Below are positions 34,879 to 44,969 of a DNA stretch of 60,419 nucleotides, one piece after another (the first letter of the stretch is position 1; every line of letters begins with the position of its first letter). The DNA is from Candidatus Omnitrophota bacterium (GTDB lineage: Bacteria; Omnitrophota; Gorgyraeia; Zapsychrales; JANLHA01): assembly GCA_020632555.1 (NCBI GenBank), contig JACKFI010000010.1, positions 1 to 60,419 of the forward strand. The letters are read 5' to 3'. The notes under the pieces are model-generated. The model saw nothing but the letters and a program-made list of their open reading frames with translations, was not told the DNA's origin and did no database searches. The position numbers and the translations under genes were made by a program.

Positions 34879-36885
34879 TTACGCTGCGGGTGCAGAGTCT
34901 GTACTGGTGGCGGTTGGTGTTGTATTATAATCTTTGCGCAATTTGACGGGATTCATCCCGTCGGGAATGCCCAAAAGCGCGCGTGTTTCATCAATACTGA
35001 TAATTTCTTTTTCAATTAGCCTTTGCGCGATGATTTCTAATTTATCACGGTTTTCTGTTAATAATGTTTTTGCTCGTTGGTAGGCGGTATCAACGAGTTT
35101 TTTAACTTCATTATCAATATTCTTTGCGGTTTCTTCGCTGTAATCTTTATTTTCCAGCATATCGCGCCCGAGAAAATGTTGTTTTTGTCTTTGTCCAAAA
35201 GCCATACGGCCCAAGTTGTCATTCATGCCAAATTCACATATCATGGCTTTGGCAATGGACGCAACGCGTTCCAAGTCATTGGAGACACCGGTGGTGCTGT
35301 CATTCATATAAATTTCTTCGCCGACCATGCCGCCTAACAGCACAATCAATGAGCCGAACAATTCTTTTTTATTGTGATAATGACGATCTTCCGTCGGTGG
35401 TGTTAAGGTATAACCGCCGGCCATGCCGCGGGGAATAATCGAAACTTTTGTGAAGGTGTCCACTTCTTCAACTAACAGTGACAATAATGCGTGGCCAGCT
35501 TCGTGATAAGCGGTTTGTTCTTTTTCTTTTTTGGAAATGGTGCGGCTCTTTTTCTCTGGCCCCATGGTGACGCGTTCAATTGCTGCCAAAAAGTCTTCGT
35601 CGTCAACAAATTCTTTATTTTTGCGGGCGGCCAACAGGGCCGCTTCATTGCACACATTAGCTAAATCGGCGCCAGAAAAGTAAACGGTTAGCTGGGCGAT
35701 ACGGGCAAAATCAACATTAGCTGCCACCTTGATATCCTGTGTGTGCACACGTAGGATGCCTTCGCGTCCCTTGATATCCGGCAGTGTCACCACAATTTGA
35801 CGGTCAAAGCGGCCAGGTCGCAAAAGAGCGGGATCCAGCGTATCCGGCCGATTGGTCGCGGCGATAATAATAACGCCGCTTTGTGGTGCGAATCCGTCCA
35901 TTTCCACTAAGAGCGCGTTTAACGTTTGTTCGCGTTCATCATTGCCGCCGCCAATGCCGGAAAATCGCAAACGACCTACGGCATCAATTTCGTCAATAAA
36001 AACGATGGCGCCTTTGCCAGAAACGGTGGATGCTTTACGGGCTTGCTCAAAAAGATCACGCACGCGGGATGCCCCAACACCGACGAACATTTCCACAAAG
36101 TCTGAACCGCTTAAAGAGAAAAAAGGAACTTCAGCTTCACCGGCAACGGCTTTAGCTAGTAGGGTTTTTCCGGTTCCGGGATGTCCGACCAGTAAAACGC
36201 CTTTAGGGATTTTGCCGCCCAAACGCTGAAACTTCTTGGGGTCTTTTAAAAATTCAATGATTTCTTGCAATTCTTCTTTGGCTTCATCGACGCCAGCAAC
36301 ATTCTTGAAAGTGATTTTGTGAGTGTCTTTGTTATTGACTTTGGCTCGGGATTTTCCAAAAGACCAGATTTTATTGCCCATTTGATTTCCGCGATTGGCG
36401 AAAAACCAAATCAGGCCGACGATTAGCAAAATCGGTAAAATGTTAAGTGCCAGTGGAATTAAAGGTGACGGAGTTTTGACTGAAAAGTTGCTGACATTTT
36501 CACGAATGGCGGTTAAGAGCCCTTCATCTTTGCTGGGGATAATCAGTTTGAACTCTTCTCCGGTCTTTAATTTCCCGCTCAATCGACTTTCGGGCCCTTC
36601 ATACAATTCGAGTTTTTCAATGGTCGCCGCGCTTTCTTTGTCTTTGACCAGCGAATAAAGTTGGCTATAACTTAATACTTTTTCTTTGCCTGAGGAAACA
36701 GTGTTCTCATTTTGGACAAGTGCCATCAATACCAGCAGGCCTAAAACAACCCAAAAGAAAAAGTTATTGTTCATTCCTTTTTGTTTTAGATGCGGCGGTA
36801 TGCCACGTGACGGTTTGCGCGATTTTAGCGGTGGCGCTTTTTGCTTATTATTTTCTGTCATATATTCTCCGTGTAAGTGCTTCAT
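34879..36885 (-). CDS. ftsH: ATP-dependent zinc metalloprotease FtsH
   Basis: Two TM helices, AAA+ Walker [18 protein letters not shown], Walker [31 protein letters not shown], and the zinc motif HEAGHA. Confidence 0.95.
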   Translation of the reverse strand: MKHLHGEYMTENNKQKAPPLKSRKPSRGIPPHLKQKGMNNNFFFWVVLGLLVLMALVQNENTVSSGKEKVLSYSQLYSLVKDKESAATIEKLELYEGPESRLSGKLKTGEEFKLIIPSKDEGLLTAIRENVSNFSVKTPSPLIPLALNILPILLIVGLIWFFANRGNQMGNKIWSFGKSRAKVNNKDTHKITFKNVAGVDEAKEELQEIIEFLKDPKKFQRLGGKIPKGVLLVGHPGTGKTLLAKAVAGEAEVPFFSLSGSDFVEMFVGVGASRVRDLFEQARKASTVSGKGAIVFIDEIDAVGRLRFSGIGGGNDEREQTLNALLVEMDGFAPQSGVIIIAATNRPDTLDPALLRPGRFDRQIVVTLPDIKGREGILRVHTQDIKVAANVDFARIAQLTVYFSGADLANVCNEAALLAARKNKEFVDDEDFLAAIERVTMGPEKKSRTISKKEKEQTAYHEAGHALLSLLVEEVDTFTKVSIIPRGMAGGYTLTPPTEDRHYHNKKELFGSLIVLLGGMVGEEIYMNDSTTGVSNDLERVASIAKAMICEFGMNDNLGRMAFGQRQKQHFLGRDMLENKDYSEETAKNIDNEVKKLVDTAYQRAKTLLTENRDKLEIIAQRLIEKEIISIDETRALLGIPDGMNPVKLRKDYNTTPTATSTDSAPAA

Positions 36886-36907
36886 TATACAGATGAAAGC
36901 ACCAAAT

Positions 36908-37909
36908 TCAAGTCTTTCGGAAATATTGGAAAAGGTTTAATGTGGTTTTTGTTTTGACAGCGCGCAGATCGTTGGGAAGATCGACGATAGCGCCGGTTGG
37001 TCGATGGGTAATCAGATCGGCCAGTTCATTGTAATGGGTCAAAGTCAACGCGCGGGGATGGCCTTTGATTTTTTCAATGGCTAGTTTTAGAAGCATTCGT
37101 TGTATGGCCAGGGGCTGTTGATTAAATTTTGTCAGTGTGAAACTGATATTTTCTTTGTGTCGACGCGCAAGTTTTGGCAAGATTTGAAGTGTTTGTTGAC
37201 GCAAATAATCGTAATCTTCTGCTGAAGTTAGTGCCAAATGGCTGAGAATGTGTTTGATGTTTTTTTGATAGTTTTTTTCCAGCAAGGGCAAAAGTTCCAA
37301 GCGGATTTTATTGCGAAAGAAGCGGGTTTGGGTATTGGTTGGATCGGTTCGAAATTTGATTTTGTTTTTTTTAAGATAACTTTCGATTTGCGCGCGAGAC
37401 ACGTCTAAGAGGGGCCGAATAAAAACGGTACCGTTGATTTTGCGATACGGCAAGATCGCTTGCAAACCTTGCAGGCCAGTACCTCGCAAAATTCGCATCA
37501 AAACGGTTTCGGCCAAATCATCATTGTGATGCGCCAGCGCGACGGCATGGGCGTGGACTTTCTTTGCGATTTGACTGAGAGCTTTTAGTCGCGCTGTTCT
37601 GGCGATTTCTTCGATGGACCCTCCCTGTTGGATGTCTTTCATAAGATTAAGATCAAGGCAGGTGCAGGATACGTTTAAGGAAGCGCAAATTTTTTCAACG
37701 AAGCGTTGGTCAGTTAAAGCGGTTTTGCGCAAATGATGATTGATGTGGCCGACATGAATTTGAAAGCCAATTTTGGTTTTGAGTTGATTGAGAATCAAAA
37801 GCAAGGCGATGGAATCGGCTCCGCCAGAGACGCCAATCAAAATTGTGTCGCCGGCTTGGATTAATTTTTGACGGTCAAGATTTTTTAAGACGCTTTCTTC
37901 CATCGGCAT
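36908..37909 (-). CDS. tilS: tRNA(Ile)-lysidine synthase
   Basis: PP-loop ILIGVSGGADSIALL, then AHHNDDLAETVLMRILRG. 333 aa. Confidence 0.9.
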   Translation of the reverse strand: MPMEESVLKNLDRQKLIQAGDTILIGVSGGADSIALLLILNQLKTKIGFQIHVGHINHHLRKTALTDQRFVEKICASLNVSCTCLDLNLMKDIQQGGSIEEIARTARLKALSQIAKKVHAHAVALAHHNDDLAETVLMRILRGTGLQGLQAILPYRKINGTVFIRPLLDVSRAQIESYLKKNKIKFRTDPTNTQTRFFRNKIRLELLPLLEKNYQKNIKHILSHLALTSAEDYDYLRQQTLQILPKLARRHKENISFTLTKFNQQPLAIQRMLLKLAIEKIKGHPRALTLTHYNELADLITHRPTGAIVDLPNDLRAVKTKTTLNLFQYFRKT

Positions 37910-38004
37910 GATAACTAGAATTGGTCAAACCAGCGGGAGCCATAAACGGCAACCAAGGTTAGTAATAGTATTGTTATTAGGATAATCGGGAAGGACATAA
38001 AAGA

Positions 38005-38550
38005 TTATTGGTTTTGTAACCCGCGCTTCTCTCGTCGGGCTTCTTTGTAGGCATCTCGCAATTGATCTTGATATTTAAAATTAGGAGGCTGAATCTGCAA
38101 GTCTGCGTAGCCCCAACGTAAAATTTCGGCATTGACTAAGATATTGTTGTCAACTAAAAACACGTAAGCGATGGTTGCGAAATGATCGTCTGTTCTGGTT
38201 TCATCGAATTCTAAGCGGACTTTTTTGCCCACTAACAGTTTGTGAGCAAAGGCATAGGCTTTTTCTTCAAAAGTGTTTTCGGGTAGAACAACGTTTTCAA
38301 TGGGCAAGCCGTTCTTGTCGTATTCAACTTTAGGTCGTCGTGGAGCGTCAGGAGCTTTGAGGCCAATCAGCTTAATCTTTTTCCCATCTTCTAAGACAAT
38401 TGTGTCCGCGCTGATGATTCGTTCGACTAAAACATTTTTGAGAATTGTTTGGCTTTGCAGGCTGGGAAACAGGATGTCGGGTTGTGCGGTAAAGCCAAAA
38501 GTTTGAAAGATTAAGATGCCTAGAATGGAAAGAATGCAGCAATTTTTCAT
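38005..38550 (-). CDS. secreted thermonuclease (SNase-like) family protein
   Basis: Signal peptide, then a ...TIVLEDGKKIKLIGLKAPD... OB-fold pattern and VNAEILRWGYA typical of staphylococcal-nuclease homologues. 181 aa. Confidence 0.6.
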   Translation of the reverse strand: MKNCCILSILGILIFQTFGFTAQPDILFPSLQSQTILKNVLVERIISADTIVLEDGKKIKLIGLKAPDAPRRPKVEYDKNGLPIENVVLPENTFEEKAYAFAHKLLVGKKVRLEFDETRTDDHFATIAYVFLVDNNILVNAEILRWGYADLQIQPPNFKYQDQLRDAYKEARREKRGLQNQ

Positions 38551-38559
38551 AAGAAAAAG

Positions 38560-38632
38560 TGGCGGCGAGTGGATTTAAACCACCGACCGATCGGGTATGA
38601 ACCGATTGCTCTATCAACTGAGCTACACCGCC
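38560..38632 (-). tRNA. tRNA with CAU anticodon (elongator Met type; tRNA-Ile2/lysidine substrate not excluded)
   Basis: The reverse complement GGCGGTGTAGCTCAGTTGATAGAGCAATCGGTTCATACCCGATCGGTCGGTGGTTTAAATCCACTCGCCGCCA folds as a cloverleaf: 7-bp acceptor with G1-C72 (so not an initiator), D arm GCTC/GAGC, anticodon stem ATCGG/CCGAT with loop TTCATAC, and T arm GGTGG/CCACT. No CCA is encoded. Confidence 0.9.
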
Positions 38633-38685
38633 ATATATTGTTTCAATTCATTAATTGTGGAGTTAACAGGCAAAAAAGATTCTCA

Positions 38686-38714
38686 ATCTTACGTCAAGGA
38701 TTAATAAATGTCAA
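38686..38714 (-). promoter_or_regulatory. candidate sigma-70 promoter for the tRNA (TTGACA-N17-TAAGAT)
   Basis: The minus strand reads cTTGACAtttattaatccttgacgTAAGATtg. The -10 element lies about 54 nt upstream of the tRNA 5' end. Confidence 0.4.
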
Positions 38715-38794
38715 GCGCCCCAATTATTCAAAACGGCCTGATTGTTTGCAAAATTTCGACAAAGGTTTGCGGGGCTGGCGTTTTAATGGTGTGC

Positions 38795-39196
38795 TTAATA
38801 CTTCCAGTTGACCAATTTGTCATTCTCTAGGTAAAGCAGGATTGGCGCAGTTGTTGTGTCAGCAAGCTTGTCTTTTTTGATGTTGTATGTCCACACTTGA
38901 AAACTGCTGAGGCCTGAGCCGGAATAAAAGATGTTGTCTGGCGGCCCGTATTTGGTTTTTAAATCTTCAGACAAAGCCCCGTTGCGCAGTGTTCGGGTTG
39001 AGACAGCTTGTTTTAAAGCCAGAAAATTGTTTTTTTTAAGATTGATTTCAGATTGTTTTGTTTGCTTTTTTATTTGATGGTTTTTCAGTGTTGAACAACC
39101 CAGAGGAAACCCCGATAATAGAACAATTAAAAACCAGGATAAGTGTTTTTGGAATGTCATAAAAAATATCCTATTTTTGAAAAATAATGAAGACAA
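38795..39196 (-). CDS. small lipoprotein (BamE/SmpA-like fold possible)
   Basis: Lipobox LLSGFPLGCST. The likely true start is the internal MTFQKH... (about 39160). The C-terminal pattern is ...KYGPPDNIFYSG...FQVWTY...LENDKLVNW. Confidence 0.45.
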   Translation of the reverse strand: MSSLFFKNRIFFMTFQKHLSWFLIVLLSGFPLGCSTLKNHQIKKQTKQSEINLKKNNFLALKQAVSTRTLRNGALSEDLKTKYGPPDNIFYSGSGLSSFQVWTYNIKKDKLADTTTAPILLYLENDKLVNWKY

Positions 39197-39473
39197 GAAT
39201 GGTGATAATTCCCAGGCAAATCAGATAAAAATCATTGAAATAAAAGAAATCGCGGATGCGTTCGGCGACAGAATAGGGATGAATAATCAGTTCAGTAACA
39301 ATTTTCCCGGTATTTTTGAGTTCATTGACTTCATTTTTTTTCAAGCGAAGGAATTGATTGGCGATTTTGTAAGCGTGCAACTTTCCCTCTTCAATGAGAT
39401 CCATGACCTTCTTTTCGGTGATGCCCAGCATTTGCGCTGTTTCGCGCACAGAAATGTATTGGTTGTCAGTCAT
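39171..39473 (-). CDS. excisionase-family (MerR-like) HTH protein with C-terminal TM anchor
   Basis: ISVRETAQMLGITEKKVMDLIEEGKLHAYKI matches the HTH_17/excisionase pattern. C-terminal TM helix FYLICLGIITILVFIIF. 100 aa. Confidence 0.6.
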   Translation of the reverse strand: MTDNQYISVRETAQMLGITEKKVMDLIEEGKLHAYKIANQFLRLKKNEVNELKNTGKIVTELIIHPYSVAERIRDFFYFNDFYLICLGIITILVFIIFQK

Positions 39474-39518
39474 TTTTCTTAGAACTAGGGGTTTTAGTTA
39501 AAATCATGCAAGGTTTTA

Positions 39519-40040
39519 TTATTTTATTCTTCCTGCGGCGGCCCAGTTGTCAATTTTTGAACGTTCAAAACTCCAGTTTTCACCATTTTTTATGCCGGGA
39601 ATTTTGCCTTCATCGGCGAGCTCTAATATGGTCGGAACTTCGATTTCAAGGTACGTGGAGACTTCGTTAATATCAAGGACATCTTCGATCATTTGGCATT
39701 TGCCCTGAAAAATCGCCCCTTCAACAATGGTTAGCTTAGGTGTGGAGATATTTCCGCTTAAAACCGCCGTTGGCATAAGCACTAACATTTTGTGCGCGAT
39801 GACATCGCCTCTGATTTTTCCGGCGATGACAATATTGTCGCCTGTGATATGGGCTTCAACAAAAGCTGAATTCCCAATGGTCAGCGTCCCTTTGCATTCG
39901 AGGGTGCCGTTAAAATTACCGTTGACTTTGAGATTGACCGGATCTTTGAAAGAAAGCGTGCCTTGCATTTGGGCATTGATTTCAATTGTTTTTTCATCTG
40001 ACTCTGCAACTGGTGTTGCGCGGCGCGACAAAAGGGCCAT
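39519..40040 (-). CDS. bactofilin fused to a C-terminal excisionase-type HTH
   Basis: The bactofilin beta-helix repeat pattern is present (GTLSFKDPVNLKVNGNFNGTLECKGTLTIGNSAFVEAHITGDNIVIAGKIRGDV...). The C-terminus VSTYLEIEVPTILELADEGKIPGIKNGENWSFERSKIDNW looks like an HTH. Start chosen at 40040 (GGAGG 7 nt upstream); the longest ORF reaches 40076. Confidence 0.7.
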   Translation of the reverse strand: MALLSRRATPVAESDEKTIEINAQMQGTLSFKDPVNLKVNGNFNGTLECKGTLTIGNSAFVEAHITGDNIVIAGKIRGDVIAHKMLVLMPTAVLSGNISTPKLTIVEGAIFQGKCQMIEDVLDINEVSTYLEIEVPTILELADEGKIPGIKNGENWSFERSKIDNWAAAGRIK

Positions 40041-40188
40041 GGTCATTCCTCCCTGCGGTATATTTTTAAAGATCAAAAAGCTTGTTTGCGATCAGTGATT
40101 CTTTTTTGAAAGTCCTGACGATACAAGCGGATTTATTCTAGAGGAGAAATGTCTTTATTGGAAATGAAAAGTTTATAAATTTTAAAAC

Positions 40189-41214
40189 TTAGCTTTTTGT
40201 GGATTTTTGGGATTTTAACCAATGGTAGCCGCATCCGGCGATCATTGCGGCATTATCCAGACATAAGCTCATCGGAGGAAGAAAAATTTTGATACCGTAT
40301 TTTTGGCCTTCAGCGGTGAGTTTTTGCCGTAAAGCGGAGTTGGCCGCGACACCCCCGCCTAAAAGTAAAGTTTTAATTTTTCTTTCTAAACAAGCAGCAA
40401 TGCTTTTTTTAACTAAGATTGAGACAACGCTGTCCTGAAAGCTATAGGCGATTTGCGCTAAGTCCGTTGGTGTGGCATTGGGATTTCTTTGATGATGATG
40501 AAGCACCGCGGTTTTGATGCCGCTAAAACTAAAATCATGGGTCCCTTCCATTTGCGCGCATGAAAAACGCAGTGGACTGTCGGTTTGTGTCTTGGCTAGC
40601 CGATCAATGGCCGGTCCACCCGGATAGCCCAGTCCAAGGATACGGCTGACTTTGTCAAATGCTTCGCCGGCAGCATCGTCGCGCGTTTGTCCTAAGAGCT
40701 GATAATCGATCGGGGACTTCATTAAATATAAACTGGTGTGCCCGCCGGAAACGATCAGGCCGATAGCTGGTAGTTTTGGTGGCTTGGGAACATTTCCAAA
40801 AGTGCCGGGTTTGCGGTGTTGAACTTGGCACTTTGGGAAGTGTTCCGAATATAGAAAATTGGCATACAGATGCGCTTTAATATGATCAATTTCGATCAAT
40901 GGTTTTTGGGTGGCAAAACTCAAAGCCCGCGCGTAAGAAATACCCACTAGCAAAGAGCCAATTAATCCGGGAGATTTGGTCACGGCAATGGCGTTGATAT
41001 CGTTTAGTGTGACATTGGCTTTTTCAAGACTTGATTGGGTGACAGCATTAATCAATTCCAATTGTCGGCGCGAAGCAATCTCGGGAATGATGCCGCCAAA
41101 CTTGCGGTGTTCTTTAAGACTGGTAGCAATGACATTGGAAAGAATCAGCCGTCCGTTTTTGACGACGGCACAGGCAGTTTCATCACAGGAAGTTTCAAAG
41201 CCGAGAATTAGCAT
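40189..41214 (-). CDS. tsaD: tRNA N6-adenosine threonylcarbamoyltransferase
   Basis: ILGFETSCDETA, the HxxxH motif IDHIKAHLY, VSGGHT, GGVAAN. 341 aa. Confidence 0.92.
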   Translation of the reverse strand: MLILGFETSCDETACAVVKNGRLILSNVIATSLKEHRKFGGIIPEIASRRQLELINAVTQSSLEKANVTLNDINAIAVTKSPGLIGSLLVGISYARALSFATQKPLIEIDHIKAHLYANFLYSEHFPKCQVQHRKPGTFGNVPKPPKLPAIGLIVSGGHTSLYLMKSPIDYQLLGQTRDDAAGEAFDKVSRILGLGYPGGPAIDRLAKTQTDSPLRFSCAQMEGTHDFSFSGIKTAVLHHHQRNPNATPTDLAQIAYSFQDSVVSILVKKSIAACLERKIKTLLLGGGVAANSALRQKLTAEGQKYGIKIFLPPMSLCLDNAAMIAGCGYHWLKSQKSTKS

Positions 41215-41215
41215 A

Positions 41216-42139
41216 TTATTGATCTTGAGAAATCAGCTGTTGTACGGTGATAAATTCATAACCTTGGGCGGTGAGTTTTTTGATTTGTTCGGTCATGACA
41301 ACCCACGATAATGGGCGGGCATGTCCGATGGCAACAGCCACACCATGATCCGTGGATTTTTTCGCGAGTTCTTCAAATTGTTTTTCAATTTCTTCTCGTT
41401 TGTTGATATTGTCCAGAAAAACATCGCGGCTGGCAAACGGCAGGTTTAGTTTGTCTGCCAGGTTTTTGCAAATGGATTTGCTGGTCACGCGACTGTCGAC
41501 GAAAAAGACTTTCTTTTTGATGAACTCTTTAAAAAGAATATACATCACACGGCTGTCTTCGGTGGCTTTGGATCCTTCGTGATTATTGACACCGACAACG
41601 TGGGGAACGCTTTTTAGGGCTTCGGTAAAACGGTTAATAATTTTTGTAGAAGTCATGGCCGTTCGAATGAAATAATTAGCGGGGTATTCTTCACGAAAAA
41701 CATGTGGTTCCAACGGCAGATGCAGCATCACCTCTTTGCCTTGAGCGTGGGCGCATTCTGCGATTTCTCTGGAGTGAGCCAGTTGCGGTAAAATCGATAT
41801 TGTGACAGGAACATCAATAGCGGCCAAAGAACTGCAATCTCGGCTATTATAGCCGCTATCATCAATAATGAGTACGATTTGTCCCGCGGTTGTTGGCGGC
41901 GGCGAAGGCAGTGCAGATTTTCGCGATACCGGCGGTAAAACTTTGGGAATAGATTTGCTTGGGACCGCAACGGTGAGTTTTTGTCTGTTAACACTGGCGG
42001 TTTTTCCCGCGGGCAGATAAGCCCGAACAAGAAAGTACGCTTGTACAGCAATAATGACCAATAAAACAAAAACGCCAAGACTTGGTCGAGATGTCTTGCC
42101 GTTTTTGTTGAATATGTTTGTGTTGTTGAGCGGGAACAT
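41216..42139 (-). CDS. divergent polysaccharide deacetylase (YibQ-like)
   Basis: N-terminal TM helix, then IVLIIDDSGYN, VTISILP, MLHLPLEP, VGVNNHEGS. Start placed at 42139 (TAAaATG after the ctpA stop); the longest ORF reaches 42217. Confidence 0.65.
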   Translation of the reverse strand: MFPLNNTNIFNKNGKTSRPSLGVFVLLVIIAVQAYFLVRAYLPAGKTASVNRQKLTVAVPSKSIPKVLPPVSRKSALPSPPPTTAGQIVLIIDDSGYNSRDCSSLAAIDVPVTISILPQLAHSREIAECAHAQGKEVMLHLPLEPHVFREEYPANYFIRTAMTSTKIINRFTEALKSVPHVVGVNNHEGSKATEDSRVMYILFKEFIKKKVFFVDSRVTSKSICKNLADKLNLPFASRDVFLDNINKREEIEKQFEELAKKSTDHGVAVAIGHARPLSWVVMTEQIKKLTAQGYEFITVQQLISQDQ

Positions 42140-42140
42140 T

Positions 42141-43517
42141 TTACTCAGTGACGCTAAACTTTTTATAAATCCGTATTCCTTTGATCGCAGTGATAGCTGC
42201 CTGTACTTGATTGTCATTCATTAGCCGGGTGTGCGCTTCTTTTTCTTTTTGTGTCATTTCTATCTTTTCGGGATTCTCGGATTTTTTGAGTTCAACATTA
42301 TTAAAAATTTCTTCTAGGTCTTTTTGCTTTTTGGCCAAAGCTTTTTCATCTTCGGTTTCTTCTTTGGGAAATTTGCGTTCGATGACGATATCCGGCGTGA
42401 TTCCCTTGCCATGAATGGACCGGCCTGAGGGTGTAAAATACTTGCTGGTAGTGAGTCTTAAACCTGAACCGTCGGGCAAAGGAATAACCGATTGTACGGA
42501 ACCTTTACCAAAAGATTGTTCTCCGAGGATAACAGCGCGTTTATTATCTTGCAAGGCACCGGCTAAAATTTCGCTGCCGGAAGCACTGCCTTGATTAATC
42601 AAAACGACGACCGGGATATCGGTGACTTTTCCCTGTGTGTTTTTGGAATAGGTTTCAATGTCTTGCGCGGCATGACGTCCTTTGGTCGAGACAATCAATT
42701 GTCCCGGGACTAGAAAGTCTTCGCTGATTTTGATAGCCACGTTGAGCAATCCGCCGGGGTTATTGCGTAAATCCACAATCAAGCTATCCATGCCGTCTTT
42801 GCGCAGTTTGTCGAGGGCTTTGTGCATTTCGTTAAACGATTCTTCGCGAAATTCTGCCAGTCGAACATAACCGATATGATCGTCTAAAATCATCACGTTT
42901 TTAACGTCTTGGATTTGAATGATTTCCCGTTTGATGGTAAAGTCCAAAAGTTTGAAATCATCTTCACGCAAGACCGTGATTTTGACATCAGTGCCGGGTT
43001 CACCGCGCAAAAGTTTCACAGCATCATTTAAACTCATGTCCTTGGTTAATTCTTTTTCGATTTTAACGATACGGTCACCGGCTTTGAGCCCGGCTTTGTA
43101 GGCGGGCGTGTCATCGATAGGTGTCACAACAGTCAATAAACCGTCTTTGATCGAAATTTCAATACCCAAACCACCAAACTTGCCTTGTGTTTCGCTTTTG
43201 AGTTCCTTGTAATCTTCAGGGGTCAAAAATTGACTGTGGGGATCCAAGGAGCCTAGCATACCTTTTAGTGAGCCGTAAATCAGTTCTTGGGGTGTTTTAA
43301 CGTCGACATATTCACTTTGAATGGTTGTTAAGGCGTAGCTGAAGAGTTCGATTTGCGCATAAATATCATTAGCGGCCGCATCGGCTTTTTTTTCGATATC
43401 GGTTTTGGCTGTTGTTTTAACGGCGGGCGTTGTTTTGCTTGTTTGTCCTTGCGAAACAGCTGACAAAGTCAAAACAAAAACGGTCGCTAACAGAATATTG
43501 AAAGTATTTTTACGCAT
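42141..43517 (-). CDS. ctpA: carboxy-terminal processing protease (S41)
   Basis: PDZ segment GGLGIEISIKDGLLTVVTPIDDTPAYKAGLKAGDRIVKI, catalytic GSASGSEILAGAL and FGKGSVQ. 458 aa. Confidence 0.9.
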   Translation of the reverse strand: MRKNTFNILLATVFVLTLSAVSQGQTSKTTPAVKTTAKTDIEKKADAAANDIYAQIELFSYALTTIQSEYVDVKTPQELIYGSLKGMLGSLDPHSQFLTPEDYKELKSETQGKFGGLGIEISIKDGLLTVVTPIDDTPAYKAGLKAGDRIVKIEKELTKDMSLNDAVKLLRGEPGTDVKITVLREDDFKLLDFTIKREIIQIQDVKNVMILDDHIGYVRLAEFREESFNEMHKALDKLRKDGMDSLIVDLRNNPGGLLNVAIKISEDFLVPGQLIVSTKGRHAAQDIETYSKNTQGKVTDIPVVVLINQGSASGSEILAGALQDNKRAVILGEQSFGKGSVQSVIPLPDGSGLRLTTSKYFTPSGRSIHGKGITPDIVIERKFPKEETEDEKALAKKQKDLEEIFNNVELKKSENPEKIEMTQKEKEAHTRLMNDNQVQAAITAIKGIRIYKKFSVTE

Positions 43518-44961
43518 TCAAAAGCCTCCTTGTAATCATTTCACCGAGTTTTTTGGGATTGGCCTTGCCTTGAGTTTTTTTCATAGCTTGTCCGACGAGA
43601 AATCCTTTGGCGCTGTCTTTGCCTTCTTTGATTTGCGCAACAACGCCGGGATTGGCGGCTAAAATTTCATCAATCACTTTTTCCAAAGCGCTGTCATCAG
43701 AAACCTGTGCCAGCCCTTTTTCCGCAATGATTATATCCGCGCTTTGCCCGGAGTCAATCATCATTGTGAGAATATCTTTAGCCACGAGATTGCTGACCAC
43801 TCCATTTTCAACTTTCGCAATTAAGGCGGTTAAATTTTGGGGCGAAATTTTGAGCTGGACAATGTCATTGTTGCGAGAATTGATTTCGGCGGCAATAGCA
43901 CCGGTTAACCAATTGCAAATCTTTTTAGGTTCCTGATAAATTTTGCAGCAATCTTCAAAGAAGTTGGCAATGGCTTTCTCTTGTACTAAAACATTGGCAT
44001 CATAGTCGTTTAAGCCATATTGATTTTTGAGACGATTCAATTTAGCTTCAGGAAATTCGGGCAAGGTTTGGCGGATCTCGTCGATTTGCTCCGTACTAAC
44101 AATAAACGGAACCAGATCAGGTTCAGGAAAATAGCGGTAATCATGCGCTTGTTCTTTGCTGCGCATGGTCACGGTCATTTGTTTAATTTCATTCCACAGA
44201 CGTGTTTCTTGGGTGATAGTTTCTCCCGCCAAATAAACTGCGCGATGGCGGGCTTCTTCAAATTCGAGAGCGATTTTGACCGCTTTAAAAGAATTCATGT
44301 TTTTTAACTCAGTTTTGGTGCGCAAAATGGTTTCGCCGACTTCACGAACCGAAATATTGGCGTCACAGCGCAAGCTGCCCTTTTCCATGTCGCAGTCGGA
44401 AACGTCAAGGTATTTCAAAATCAGTTTTAGTGTCGTCAGATAATCATAGGCTTCTTGGGGTGAACGCAAGTCCGGTTCAGTGACGATTTCCATCAGTGGT
44501 GTACCGGTGCGATTGTAATCAACCAAGCTAGCTTTGATATCGCTGTCGTGAATGATTTTGCCGGCGTCCTCTTCTAAATGAGCGCGGTGAATGCCAATAC
44601 GTTTTTCACTGCTGGCTGTTGGAATCATAATAAATCCGTCGCGGGCAATGGGTTTGTCAAATTGAGAAATTTGATAGCCTTTGGGCAAATCAGGATAATA
44701 ATAATTTTTGCGGTCAAATTTGATGGTAGAGCTGACTTTGGCGTTGAGCGCCAGCGCAACTTTGATAGCGTATTCCAGCGCGGTGCGGTTAAAAACCGGC
44801 AATGTTCCCGGCAAGCCTAAACAAATTGGACAGGTTTGGGTATTGGGTTGATTACCGAACTCATTGGCACAGCCGCAAAAAATTTTAGTCCGGGTCTTAA
44901 ATTGCAAATGCACTTCAAGGCCTATAACTGTTTCAAATTTTTTTTCAGTTTGAGTTGTCAT
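43510..44961 (-). CDS. gatB: Asp/Glu-tRNA amidotransferase subunit B
   Basis: YETVIGLEVH-type N-terminus (FETVIGLEVHLQ), CPICLGLPG, DYNRTGTPLMEIV. 483 aa. Confidence 0.95.
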   Translation of the reverse strand: MTTQTEKKFETVIGLEVHLQFKTRTKIFCGCANEFGNQPNTQTCPICLGLPGTLPVFNRTALEYAIKVALALNAKVSSTIKFDRKNYYYPDLPKGYQISQFDKPIARDGFIMIPTASSEKRIGIHRAHLEEDAGKIIHDSDIKASLVDYNRTGTPLMEIVTEPDLRSPQEAYDYLTTLKLILKYLDVSDCDMEKGSLRCDANISVREVGETILRTKTELKNMNSFKAVKIALEFEEARHRAVYLAGETITQETRLWNEIKQMTVTMRSKEQAHDYRYFPEPDLVPFIVSTEQIDEIRQTLPEFPEAKLNRLKNQYGLNDYDANVLVQEKAIANFFEDCCKIYQEPKKICNWLTGAIAAEINSRNNDIVQLKISPQNLTALIAKVENGVVSNLVAKDILTMMIDSGQSADIIIAEKGLAQVSDDSALEKVIDEILAANPGVVAQIKEGKDSAKGFLVGQAMKKTQGKANPKKLGEMITRRLLNA

Positions 44962-44969
44962 ATTACGCT

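Noticed and set aside
37915-37998. 27-codon ORF (MSFPIILITILLLTLVAVYGSRWFDQF) between the nuclease gene and tilS
   Set aside because: It looks like a plausible single-TM micro-protein, but it has no SD, no coupling to a neighbour and no recognisable family. It cannot be supported from sequence alone.
38372-38811. ORFs 38372..38617 (-) and 38569..38811 (+)
   Set aside because: Both run across the tRNA-CAU gene and its promoter region. The tRNA cloverleaf explains the sequence better.
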